Source: Pristiophorus japonicus
Lineage: Eukaryota
DNA: 64,000 nucleotides
Reading direction: 5' to 3'
Assembly: GCF_044704955.1 (NCBI RefSeq)
Contig: NC_091992.1
Coordinates: forward strand, 120,714,001-120,778,000
Both the position numbers and the translations under genes were made by a program. Shown one piece after another: positions 40,201-52,200 of this stretch. The notes beneath the pieces were generated by a model. It had not been told where the DNA came from, searched no databases, and worked only from the letters and a program-made list of their open reading frames with translations. Numbering within the stretch: the first letter of the stretch is position 1; each line of letters opens with the position of its first letter.

Positions 40201-43200
40201 CAGTACTGATAGATTAGATTACAGGCATCTGTGGTTTCACATTACTATGAGCACTACTTTTATTGCCTCAGAAATAGCCCAGCAAATTCCAGCAGCAGTA
40301 AAGTAACAGTTGTACTTTACTATAAATAACAGGTCTTTTCAAAACGATGGAATGAAATTTATTCTTTCAACATTGTTGCTTTTATCAACAACAACTTGTA
40401 TTCAACACTAGATAAATACTTCTGCACACATGAACCATTGAACAGTCCATACCGCATACTGCTTTCAGCAACAATCCTGAATCCTGGGCCAACAATGATG
40501 CAAAATAAAGAGCGTCACTATGAGTTATCATTTCTGAGTTTTATCAAGTTAAATGACTCATAATTCAATAGCATTAGAAGCTTATGCTAAAGGTTACCCT
40601 TCTTGTGAAAATTTTGGATCTACCTTTTCATACGTAGAGTAAGAAGTTTGATATAATTGTAATTCTTCAAGGAACCCTAGCAAAACCGATGGGGGTCAAA
40701 GGGAAAGCCCTCCAGTGGTTGGAGTCATAGCCAACACAAAGGATGATGGCTGTGGTTGTTGGAGGCCAATGATCGCAGTCCCAGACACTGCTCCAACTCC
40801 TCAGCCCAATCATTTTCTGCTACTTCAGCTATGACCTTCCCCCAGTCACAAGGTCAAGATTAACGCGGTTTGCTGATGATTCCAGAGTGTTCAGTTCCAT
40901 TCACAACTCTCTCGATAAGGAAGCAATCCATGCCAGCTTATAGCAGGGCCTAGATAACATCCAAGTTTGTAATGTTCATAATTGTACACCGCATAATGTA
41001 CAAGGTAATAAGCACATCCATCTCCCTCTAACCTTCACGGACACCACCATTGCCCCATCATCGACATCTTGGGAGTTGCCACTGGCCAGAAGCTTAACTA
41101 GATCAACACGATAACTATAAAAACAGGATAGAGACTGCCTACCCTGATGAGAAGGTCATTTATAAGCCCTCAAAGTGTGTCTATTATTTACAAGACAATT
41201 ATTGACCTGGATGCAGGTGCAGCCACAAGAGCTCAAGAAACTCGACATGTGACCTACTGTCTGTCTAGTGAGAGCTCAAAGCTGCACTTAGCAGTTTTTC
41301 TTTTACTGGGATGTGGGCATTGTTGCCAGGGCCAGCATTTATTGCCCATCCCTAACTGCCCTTAAGAAAGTGGCGGTGAGCCGCCTTCTTAAACCACTGC
41401 AGTCCGTGTGGTGAAGGTGCTCCCACAGTGCTGTTATGGAGGGAGTTCCAGGATTTTGACCCAGCGACAATGAAGGAACGGCGATATATTTCCAAGTCAG
41501 GATTATGTGTGACTTGGGGGGAACTTGCAGGTAATGGTGCTCCCATGTACCTGCTGCCCTTATCCTTCTAGGTGGTCGAGGTTGCGGGTTTGGGAGGTGC
41601 TGCCAAAGAAGCTGTGGCGAGCTGCTGCAGTGCATCTTGTAGATGGTACACACTGCAGCCATGGTGCGCCAGTGGTAGAGGGAGTGCATGTTTAATGTGG
41701 CTGATGGGGTGCCAATTAGGCAGGCTGCTTTGTCCTGGATTGTGGTATCGAGCTTCTTGAATGTTGTTGGAGCTGCAGTCATCCAGGTAAGTGGAGAGTA
41801 TTCCATCACATTCCTGGCTTGTGTCTTGTAGATGGTGGAAAGGCTTTGTGGAGTTAGGAGGTGAGTCACTCACCACCATGTCTCTGACCTGCTCTTGTTG
41901 CCACAGTATTTATTGTGGCTGATCCAGTTAAGTTTCTGGTCAATGGTGACCCCCAGGATGTTGCTGGTGGGGGATTCGGCGATGGTAATGCCGTTGAAGG
42001 TCAAGGAGTGGTGGTTAGACTCTCGTTTGCTGGAGACAGTCATTGCCTGGCACTTACCATTTATCAGCATGCTGGCAAGGACTGCTTTATGATAGAGGAG
42101 TTGCGAATGGAAGTGAACACTGTGCAATGATCAGCGAACATCCCCACTTCTGACCTTATGATGAAGGGAAGGTCATTGATGAAGCAGCTGAAGATGGTTG
42201 GGCCTAGGACACTGCCCTGAGGAACTCCTGTAGCGATGTCCTGGGGCTGAGACTTCCAGCAACCACAACCATCTTTCTCCTTTGTACTAGGTAAGACTAG
42301 CCAGTGTTGAGTGTTCCCCAATTTCCATTGACTTCAATTTTACCAAGACTCTTTGATGCCACGCTCAGTCAAATGCTGCCTTGATGTCAAGGACAGTCAC
42401 TCTCACCTCACCTCTGGAATTCAGCTTTTTTGCCTCTGTTTGGAACAAGGCTATAATGAGATCTGGAGCCGAGTGGTCCTGGCAGAACCCAAACTGAGCA
42501 TCGGTGAGCTGCTTATGGTGAGCAATTGCCACTTGAAGGCACTGTTGACGACAATCATCAGCAAAGCGATGGAAGGCAAGAGTGGATTGATGAAGCTGTA
42601 ATTTTCCAGACTGGATTTGTCCTGCTTTTTCTGAACAGGACATACCTGGGCAGTCTTCCACATTGTCGGGTAGATGCCAGTGTTGTAGGTATACTGGGAC
42701 AGCTTGCCTAGAGACATGGCTAGTTCTGTAGTTTAATAGCCAACTAATGTGCTTAGGAAGGTGGTGAGCAGATCGGGTCCGTCCAGGGTGCCTTGGCTGG
42801 CAATGAGAATCTAATCAATCTTCTGTGGCAGACTCTGTAATACAATAACTATAACTGGCAGGTCCACAGTACTCCAGGGCACTGTTGATGATTGACAAGA
42901 GACCTGGCACACAGATGGGGCCTGGAGGGACAGACCAGTTAGTAGAGACTGAAATTCTTCTCAACTGGTTCCAGATAACTCTAAAACGCAGTCTTTTTGT
43001 GACCACTTACCTAAAACATAAGGCATTAGTCCTAGCTGAATAGGCAGTGGGAAGTTTAGGCCTCTCCTAGCAAAAATGATGTTTTTTCAGCTGAGTAAAA
43101 TCCAGCAATGCTTCATACTCACCAACTCTTGCCAACTTGCATTAAGTTTTCTGGGCTTAGCCATGAGTAGGTTCCCGGTTAATATTAATGCCACAAATTT

Positions 43201-46200
43201 TAAAAAAGCAACAGTACTGTGACAGAAGCAAAATAAAGTTAGCAGCAAGAACTACTCTTCCCCAAATTAGTACTTCAGTGTTTTTGTGACCACTTACTGG
43301 TAATGAGCTCCCCCACTAATAGGGGAAAATCTTTTTTTTAAATATATTACAAAAAGGGATTGTACATGCACACTGCATGCAAACTTTGTGAAAATATACA
43401 TTATTTAAAAAAACACTTTTACTATCACCACCATCACACCCACCCCTGCAAATATGAGTACTTTGGAGACAACCCTTCGTAACAACGAGCAATCCTACAG
43501 TAAGTACAACACACATAGAAGGAGGAGCTGAAGAGCTTACACAGTTGGTTATTTGGGGGGGCTTGGGGGGCGGGAAGCAGCCCCGATGTGCTTGGGGGCC
43601 AACCCCTCCATCTTATGGGCAAAACCATCGCACAAAAGAAATGGATGTTTTACAACATGAAGGTAAATTCACAAACTGATAATCAGGAATTAAGGAAGAC
43701 TGTCAGTGATTAACTATGTGTATGATTTTTTTTATATAAGAAAAAAAAAGCCAAACAACTCCAACACAGAAAAATAAACAATCCTTCCAACCTGTACAGG
43801 AAGACGAATTTTGGACGTTACGCTATTTCCAGCTTCTGTTTCCTCTTGAATTTCAATTTCATCCCAGCTGGTGGCCGTGGATAAAATAGCTCCAGCTGAG
43901 TGAGAGTGCAATGTTTGAGTGAAACGGTAAACAAGAGCCTTAAAGAAGAAAATCAAAAATATTAAGTGGTAATAAAGGAATAATAAACCAAGAAAATAGA
44001 ACAACTAGTCTCCACATCAATCCTAAAGTAAATCAGTGTTTGTTTCCAGCCTCCAGTTACAACAATCCCAAAGCGCCATGATCGTGTAACATGACATCAA
44101 AGTTCTCAAGGTATAAATAATGCATGTGCCCATATTTCTAGAACTTCACTGTTCAAAATTTACTGAAATTTACAATCTTCACATTTCCTAAAATGTATCC
44201 AATCCAATAAAGTATATTGCCAGTCATAAATCCAAATAGTTAACAGCATCAGTGTTTAAAACAACTCTTGTTACACAGGAAAATGTGCAGTTGTTATTAT
44301 AAACACTTATTAAAAAGGCAGCCAGCCACAAACGCCACACAAGTCCTTTCATCTCGCTAATGTTGCTCAGTCTGAGCCACAGTTCATTAACACCTCGATG
44401 TGTAGAAGGCCTTCCCTGTGCAACAAGTCCTCCTGCACTGTCGTTATTGCAATGTAGCATCTCATTTCAGCGGTATCTGATACTTTGTCCTGGTCAGTGG
44501 ACAGGCCGTGCCTAGGATTTTTATATCAGGTGAACATAGTAGAAATAGGTCACTTTTAGTAGCACATAAATTGTAGGACAATGGGATTTAAAGCCATCCC
44601 TTTTCCTTGGCCTACTGGGTATCCTCAAATGAAATGAAAATGCTATTAAAGCTACAGCACCACGGTTGTTTTTTCTCTCTCTGGTTTACTGCCCGTCTCC
44701 ACAACCCCCTGATCTCAGCAAAGTATTCAATCAGCTGGTAGTTACACTCTGGAGGTGGAAGTTGCAGCTTGCCATTAGAATTCTCAACAGACACTTTGTA
44801 TTATGCTGAAAAAGTCAGTGCAATAGAAGAATTAAATGTTAGTATTCTACAATATAATAACTCTAAGACTGAACACATTGGAACAGGATTTTTTTCATGT
44901 AAAGCTTAATTCTATTATTTGCAGGAAAGTCTATGGGTACAGTAACAGAATAAATCATTGCACAAAGCTTTTCTGTAGATTAGAGTTCCCAAATGCCTGT
45001 TAAAATGACTCATTTACAGTGCAACATGATTTTAGTAATCGAGATGGAAGGGATGACAAAAGAAAAGCGTGCAGCTGCTAGCCCGAACCCTCTGCTTCTC
45101 TGGGCCCCCTCCAGGCGGCATTAAGCTGTACAGGGATGCCTCAGCAATGAGAAGTGACTGGGGCACAGTGCTTCAGGTAAGATTTTAAAATGTTTCTTAT
45201 TGTTTCAATAGCTTTGGCAATCACTGGAAACTCTGTACAAGGAAGCCATGAATTGTTGCTATCGCTGCCTTCAATTTCAGCACTGCTTTGATTTATAATG
45301 TGGTTGAGGCCAAAGGCAGGACTATTATGAAGTCAGAGGCAACATCATCATGTTTAGAATACAGATCATCCACTTGTCTTAGCAGTTAAGCCAGCAGCAA
45401 ATTTAGATGATGGGCTATAAAATGTGCTCTTTGCTGTGAAGGGCACATTCCAGGCAGACTTGAGCAAGAATCACCAGTATGTCCGACTGGGATTTGGGAA
45501 CAAGTACAGTGGATTAGGAACTAGTGGAGTTGTCCAATTGGAACAAAAACCTCCATTATTTAGGGTTAACAGATGAAATTAAATCAGGCAAAAGAAGCAA
45601 TTACCCTGTATCTGTCAAAGCTATTGAAACAATAAGAAACATTTTAAAATCTTACCTGAAGCACTGTGCCCCAGTCACTTCTCATTGCTGAGGCATCCCT
45701 GTCCAGCTGAATGCCGCCTGGAGGGGGCCAGAGAAGCAGGAGGTTTTCAGCCAGCAGTTGCACGCGTTTTTTTTTGCGGTAGGGATTGTGGATGCATTGG
45801 TTGCAATTTACTAAAATTCCCTGAATTCTGGGGAGGTTCCAGCAGAGTGGAAAACTGCAAATGTAACTCCCCTATTTAAAAAAGGAGGCAGACAAAAAGC
45901 AGGAAACGATAGACCAGTTAGCCTAACATCTGTAGTTGGGAAGATGTTGGGAGTCCATTATTAAAGAAGCAGTAGCAGGACATTTGGAAAAGCAAAATTC
46001 GGTCAGGCAGAGTCAGCATGGATTTATGAAGGGGAAGTCCTGTTTGACAAATTTGCTGGAATTCTTTGAGGATGTAACGAACAGGGTGGATAAAGGGGAA
46101 CCAGTGGATGTGGTGTATTTGGATTTCCAGGAGGCATTTGACAAGGTGCCACATAAAAGGTTCCCGCACAAGATAAAAGTTCACGGGGTTGGGGGTAATA

Positions 46201-49200
46201 TATTAGCATGGATAGAAGATAGGCTAACTAACAGAGAACAGAGTCGGGGTAAATGGTTCATTCTCTGGTTGGCAACCAGTAACTAGTGGGGTGCCGCAGG
46301 GATCAGTGCTGGGACCCCCACTCTTTACAATCTATATTAACGACTTGGAAGAAGGGACTGAGTGTAACGTAGCCAAGTTTGCTGACGATACAAAGATGGG
46401 AAGAAAAGCAATGTGTGAGGAGCACACAAAAAATCTGCAAGAGGCCATAGACAGGCTAAGTGAGTGGGCAAAAATTTGGCAGATGGAGTATAATGTTGGA
46501 AAGGGTGAGGTCATGCACTTTGGCAGAAAAAAATCAAAGAGCAAGTTATTATTGAAATGGAGAAAGATTGCAAAGTGCAGCAATACAGCGGGACCTGGAG
46601 GTACTTGTGCATGAAACACAAAAGGATAGTATGCAGGTACAGCAAGTGATTAGGAAGGCCAATGGTATCTTGGCCTTTATTGCAAAAAGAATGGAGTATA
46701 AAAGCAGGGAAGTCTTATTACAGCTATACAAGGTATTGGTGAGGCCACACCTGGAATACTGCGTGCAGTTTTGGTTTCCATATTTAAGAAAAGATATACT
46801 TGCTTTGGAGGCAATTCAGAGAAGGTTCACTAGGTTGATTCCGGGGATGAGGGGGTTGACTTATAAAGAAAGGTGGAGTAGGTTGGGCCTCTACTCATTG
46901 GAATTCAGAAGAATGAGAGATGATCTTGTCGAAACGTATAAGATTATGAGGGGGCTTGACAAGGTGGATGCAGAGAGGATGCTTCCGCTGATGAGGATGA
47001 CTAGAACTAGAGGGCACGATCTTAGAATAAGTGGCCACCCATTTAAAACAGAGATGAAGGGAAATTTCTTCTCTCAGAGGGTTGTAAATCTGTGGAATTC
47101 GCTGCCTCAGAGAGTTGTGGAAGCTGGGACATTAAATAAATTTAAGACAGAAATAGACAGTTTCTTAAACAATAAGGGGTTATGGGGAGCAGGCGGGGAA
47201 GTGGACCTGAGTCCATGATCAGATCAACCATGATATTATTGAATGGCGGTACAGGCTCGATGGGCCGTATGGCCTACTCCTGTTCCTATTTCTTATGTTC
47301 TTGATAAAGTAACTGAGATTCACGTAATCATAAATCTACTACAACAACTACTTATAGCAACAACGGCAAGTATGTGTGTTACATATGCAATTCACTCTTC
47401 CAGTTCTCTGATATTTGAATGGCAACTCTCCATTCAATCTCCAATCTCGGCTCCCACTCTATTTTGCTGGGGTGTCTTTAATTTTAAATCAGAAGCCTGG
47501 GCTGCAGGCAGAAGGAAAAGTTATGATCTAAACATTATAGTCCCAGAGAAGTGGAGCAACAACTGATAGTAAGGTGCTCACCTCCTCCAGTGCAGTGATG
47601 CAACAACTCTGCCTCCCAACTTTAATTCTGGTCCCTGCAACCAATTTAAAATTGGAGCTCGCCCGTTAGGAGATAGAGGGACACGAGATGAAAAATCAGC
47701 AGTGCTAAACTGAACTGAAATCTGAAGAGAGCTGTCCTTTATATGTCATAGGGCTGGGGGAGTAGAGCAATTGCTGACTGGAATACACTCCAGGACAAAC
47801 ATACTTTCCACAAGAAAAAAAAAAGCATTGTAAAGTTCTCTCCTCCTAAACAAGCAGCAGGTAAAACTGGTCACTGACCTTTGATATGGTAACGGTCCAA
47901 ATCCGATAAGCACTTGTGCTCTGTTGCAACAGCTGATCCTTTACTTCCTGCCACTTGGCCTGTGCTGGCTTTACTTCGTGCAGCTTCCCCTTGCCCAACT
48001 TCTTGACAGGGCGGGACTCACGTACAAGCAGATCATTACTACTCGACTTGCCCAAAATGCACTGCTTTAGGTGAGGGCAGAGTTCTCCTATAGACTGGCA
48101 TAACCGTGCCATGAAAAGGACAGCGTTGAGATTGCAATTGTTAGGAGAGTAAGTGCAGTTCTGTAATCTCTCTTCTGCCGTTTTAAGCTCTGCCTTCACA
48201 CAGTCCAGGATGTATTGTACACAAGAAAGGCAATGTGTCCGTAGCATTTCTTCAACCTTAGCTGTATCAGCATACCGATCAAATGCTGAGCTCCGTAGTT
48301 GTGAGGATGAGTGGTCGTTTAAACTGTCCTGAACAGTAGAAGAATCCGGTGGAAGGTACATCACTAAATCATCCAATTTAACTTTTAACTTGGAGTCAAG
48401 TGCTGAACAGAAACTTTGAACACAAAGTGTGAGAGCTTGGGCCTTCATACAGAGTCCACTCTTTACAAACTGGCTACGATTGGCAACGCTGACCCAGGCA
48501 CTGTCTGGTAAAAGGTCATTATTGCTCTCTGACCAAAGAAATGCAGCAACATTGTATTCAAACTCAACATGTTTGTTAGAAGGAGTGCTGGAGTTCTTGG
48601 CCTGAAGTTCCTGCAGAGCTGAAACTAAGAGCTGTTTGGAACTGTTTGAGATGGATTCCAAACCTTCTTTTGTTAGTGCCTATAGAGAAGGGCGGCTATT
48701 AATAGTGTCCAATAGAACCAAATTCCTCAATTATCATCTACAATAAATATTGTTAATATTCTATAATTATCTTTTAAATTGTTAATTAAAAGAGACAGCA
48801 TTCCTCAATGTTGGTCTCAATAATGACAATAGGCATTTATATAATACTTTTAACAAAGAAAATCTTCCCACAGGTCTTTACAAAACCTTATGGATAAAAT
48901 GAACATCAAGGCAAAGAAGGAGATATTAGGAGCAGTGACCAAAAGTTTGTTCAAAGATGTGGTTGTAAAAATGGTTTTAAATGGAGCAGAGGGAGGTGAA
49001 GATGCAGAGTGGATTATGGAGAGAATTCCAGATCATTGGGCTTGGACGTGGAAGACATAGCAGCTAATGGTGAGACAATGGGAGATGGTGCCTAAAACAG
49101 CAGCATCTGGGGAACAGAGAGCTTGGGAGCAGAGGAGGGTTGAGGAGAGTTGCAACACTGGAGGAGGTTACAGAGTAAGAGAGGAGCGAGGCCATGGGTA

Positions 49201-52200
49201 AGAATTTTAAATCTGAGGCATTGAGGGGGCTGGGAGCCAATGTAGGTCAGTGAGGACAGAGGTGATAGGAGAGCAGGAACTGGTGCAGCTAGGATATAGT
49301 CAGCAGAGTTATGGATGAGCTGAGGTTTATAGAAGGTGAAGGATACGAGGCCAGATTGGAAAACATTGGACTGGACGAGGACAGAGGACTGGACGAGGGT
49401 TTCAGCAGCAGATAGGTTAAAGTAGAGGCGGAGGCAGTCAAAGTTACAGATATGGAAGCAGGTGTTCTTAGTGATGAAAAGGATAAGGGATTGGAAGCTC
49501 AGCTTGATGTCAAATAGGACACCAAGGTTGTGAACAATCTGTCTCAGCCTAAGAAAGTGGCTGGGATAGGGAATGGAGTCAGTGGCCAGGGCTGAAGATG
49601 ATGGCCCATGTTATAATTCTAAACAATTGGCAGGTTTGTTCTGTAAGTGTATGATGCAAATCTGATACTCTGTCTCCCTGTGTAATGTTATATTGCTGGA
49701 ATTGTAAGAGGTAAATAAACCAAAATTATTAGCTTGATTTTTCAAACATTTTCACAATTGTAAAATATAATGTTCCCGGCTTTAACCTTTGAAACCCATC
49801 TTTATCGGTTATTAACGAGGCCACAGGGGAGTGGATCATTTATTTTCATAACCCCAGATAAAGAACACATTTACAATATCACTATACGTAGCACATTAGT
49901 GATTTGAACAGTGAAAGCGAGATACTGTAAAATCAAAAATTTCAAAGATCACTAGCAATGGATTAACAACCAAGTTGTTTGCATTTGTTAGGCAAAGGCT
50001 TGAAGTTATCTACCTGTAATCTGTCGAGGAAGAGCTGCTGAAGGAAGTCCTCCCAGAAGGAGAAAGGTTTCTCCAGTAGTCGGCAACACATAGTTTCCCA
50101 GTTTTGACTTATTGATTCACTGGTGAGGAGTTCCCACACTGCATCTCGAATTCCAGCAAGACCCTTCAGACTTTTCACGTAGATCAGCAGGTTCCCAATT
50201 CCCATCTTTATGTCATCCTTACACCTTTGATAAAATGGAAAGTCTAGGTCAGTACTAAAAAAATTAAATCACTGCATTTGAGAATGTATACATTATTAAA
50301 AATCTCGCATAGGGCACACACTTCATTTTCACAAATTTTACTTCCTGCTTGCATGAATTTTGGCCATAAATTTCCATCAATATCTAACATTTTAAATTAC
50401 TATACCAATATACCCCATTCTATTTTGCTATATTGACTATCATGATGCAAATTCAGGCTCTGACTACTAGGTGGCTCTGTAGAGCAAAATTTGATTGCCA
50501 TCTTGTATATAAAAATTTATACTCATCATTTATAGTTTCAATGTCACAAAATTTTACTGGTAATTAATGAAAAGTGATGGTCTTATCGAAGATAATTGCT
50601 ACAACAGAGCCTAAAAACTAGCTAAGCATGTAATTTATTACTGGTATAAGACTGATAAAATATATCGGTGAATAAAATTTCCAACTTAGTTTATTGCTGT
50701 GTATATTTCTCTGTTAAAATAGCATTAGTTACCGTCAGATTCGCTCTGTGGCAGTACTCTTTATATTAGAACATAAGACATAGATAGGAGCAGGAGTAGG
50801 CCATGCGGCCCCTCGAGCCTGCTACGCCATTCAATAAGATCATGGCTGATCTTCGACTTAAACTCCACTTTCACGACCGATCCCCGTATCCCTCGATTTC
50901 CTTAGGGTACAAAAATCTATCGATCTCAGCCTTGAATATGCTCAACGACTCAGCATTCACAGCCCTTTGGAGTAGAGATTCACAACCCTCCGAGTAAAGA
51001 AATTCATCATCAGTCCTAAATGGCCGGCCTCATATCTTAAGATTATGCCCTCAGTTCTAGATTCTCCAGCCAAGGGAAATAGCCTCTCAGCATCTACCCT
51101 GTCAAGCCCTCTCAGAATCTTATATGTTTCAATGAGATCACCTCTCATTCTTCTAAACTCCAAAGAGTGTAGGCCTAACCTACACAATCTCTCCTCATAC
51201 GACAATCCTCTCATCCCAGGAATCAACCGAATGACTCTTTGTTGCACCCCCCTCTAAGGCAAGTATATACTTCCTTACCTATAGAGACCAAAACTGTACA
51301 CAGTACGCCAGGTGTGGTCTCACCAAAGCGCTGTACAAGTGTAGCAAGACTTCCTTACTCTGTGCTCCAACCCCCTTGCAATAAAGGCCAACATACCATT
51401 TGCCATCCTAATTGCTTGCTGCAGCTGCATGCTAACTTTGTTTCATGTACGACACCCAAATCCCTCTGAATACAAACATTTAATAGTTTCTCACCATTTA
51501 AAAAATATTCTATTTTTCTATTCTTAAGTGAATAACCACACATTTCCCCACATTATACTCCATCTGCCACCTTCTTGCCCACTCACTTAACCTGTCTATA
51601 TCCCCTTGCAGACTCCGTCCTCTTTACAGCTTACTTTCCGACCTAACTTTGTATCAACAACAAACTTGGATAAATTACACTCAGTCCCTTCATCTAAGTT
51701 ATTAATATAGATTGTAAATAGCTGAGGCCCCAGCACTGATGCTTGCAGCACCCCACTAGTAACAGCCTGCCAACCTGAAAATGACCCTACTCGCTCTTTT
51801 CTGTCCATTAACCAATCCTCTATCCATGCAAATATATTACACCACCCCCCCCCCTCCACCGTCCAACCCCATGAGCCCTTATCTTGTGTGGCACCTTATC
51901 AAATGCCTTTTGAAATATACTACATCCACTGGTTCCCCTTTATCTATCTGCTAGTTACATCCTCAAAAAATGAAAAGATTTGTCAAAAACAATTTTCCTT
52001 TCATAAAACCATGTTGACTCTGCCTAATTATATTATGATTTTCTAAGTTCCCCGTTACCACTTCCTTTATAATGGGTTCCAACATTTTCCTGATGACTGA
52101 TGTCAGGCTCACTGACTTGTAGTTCCCCATTTTCTCTCACCTCTTCTGACTATTCTGAGTGAGAAGTTATGGGTTCAAGTTTGACTCTAGGACAGGAGGA

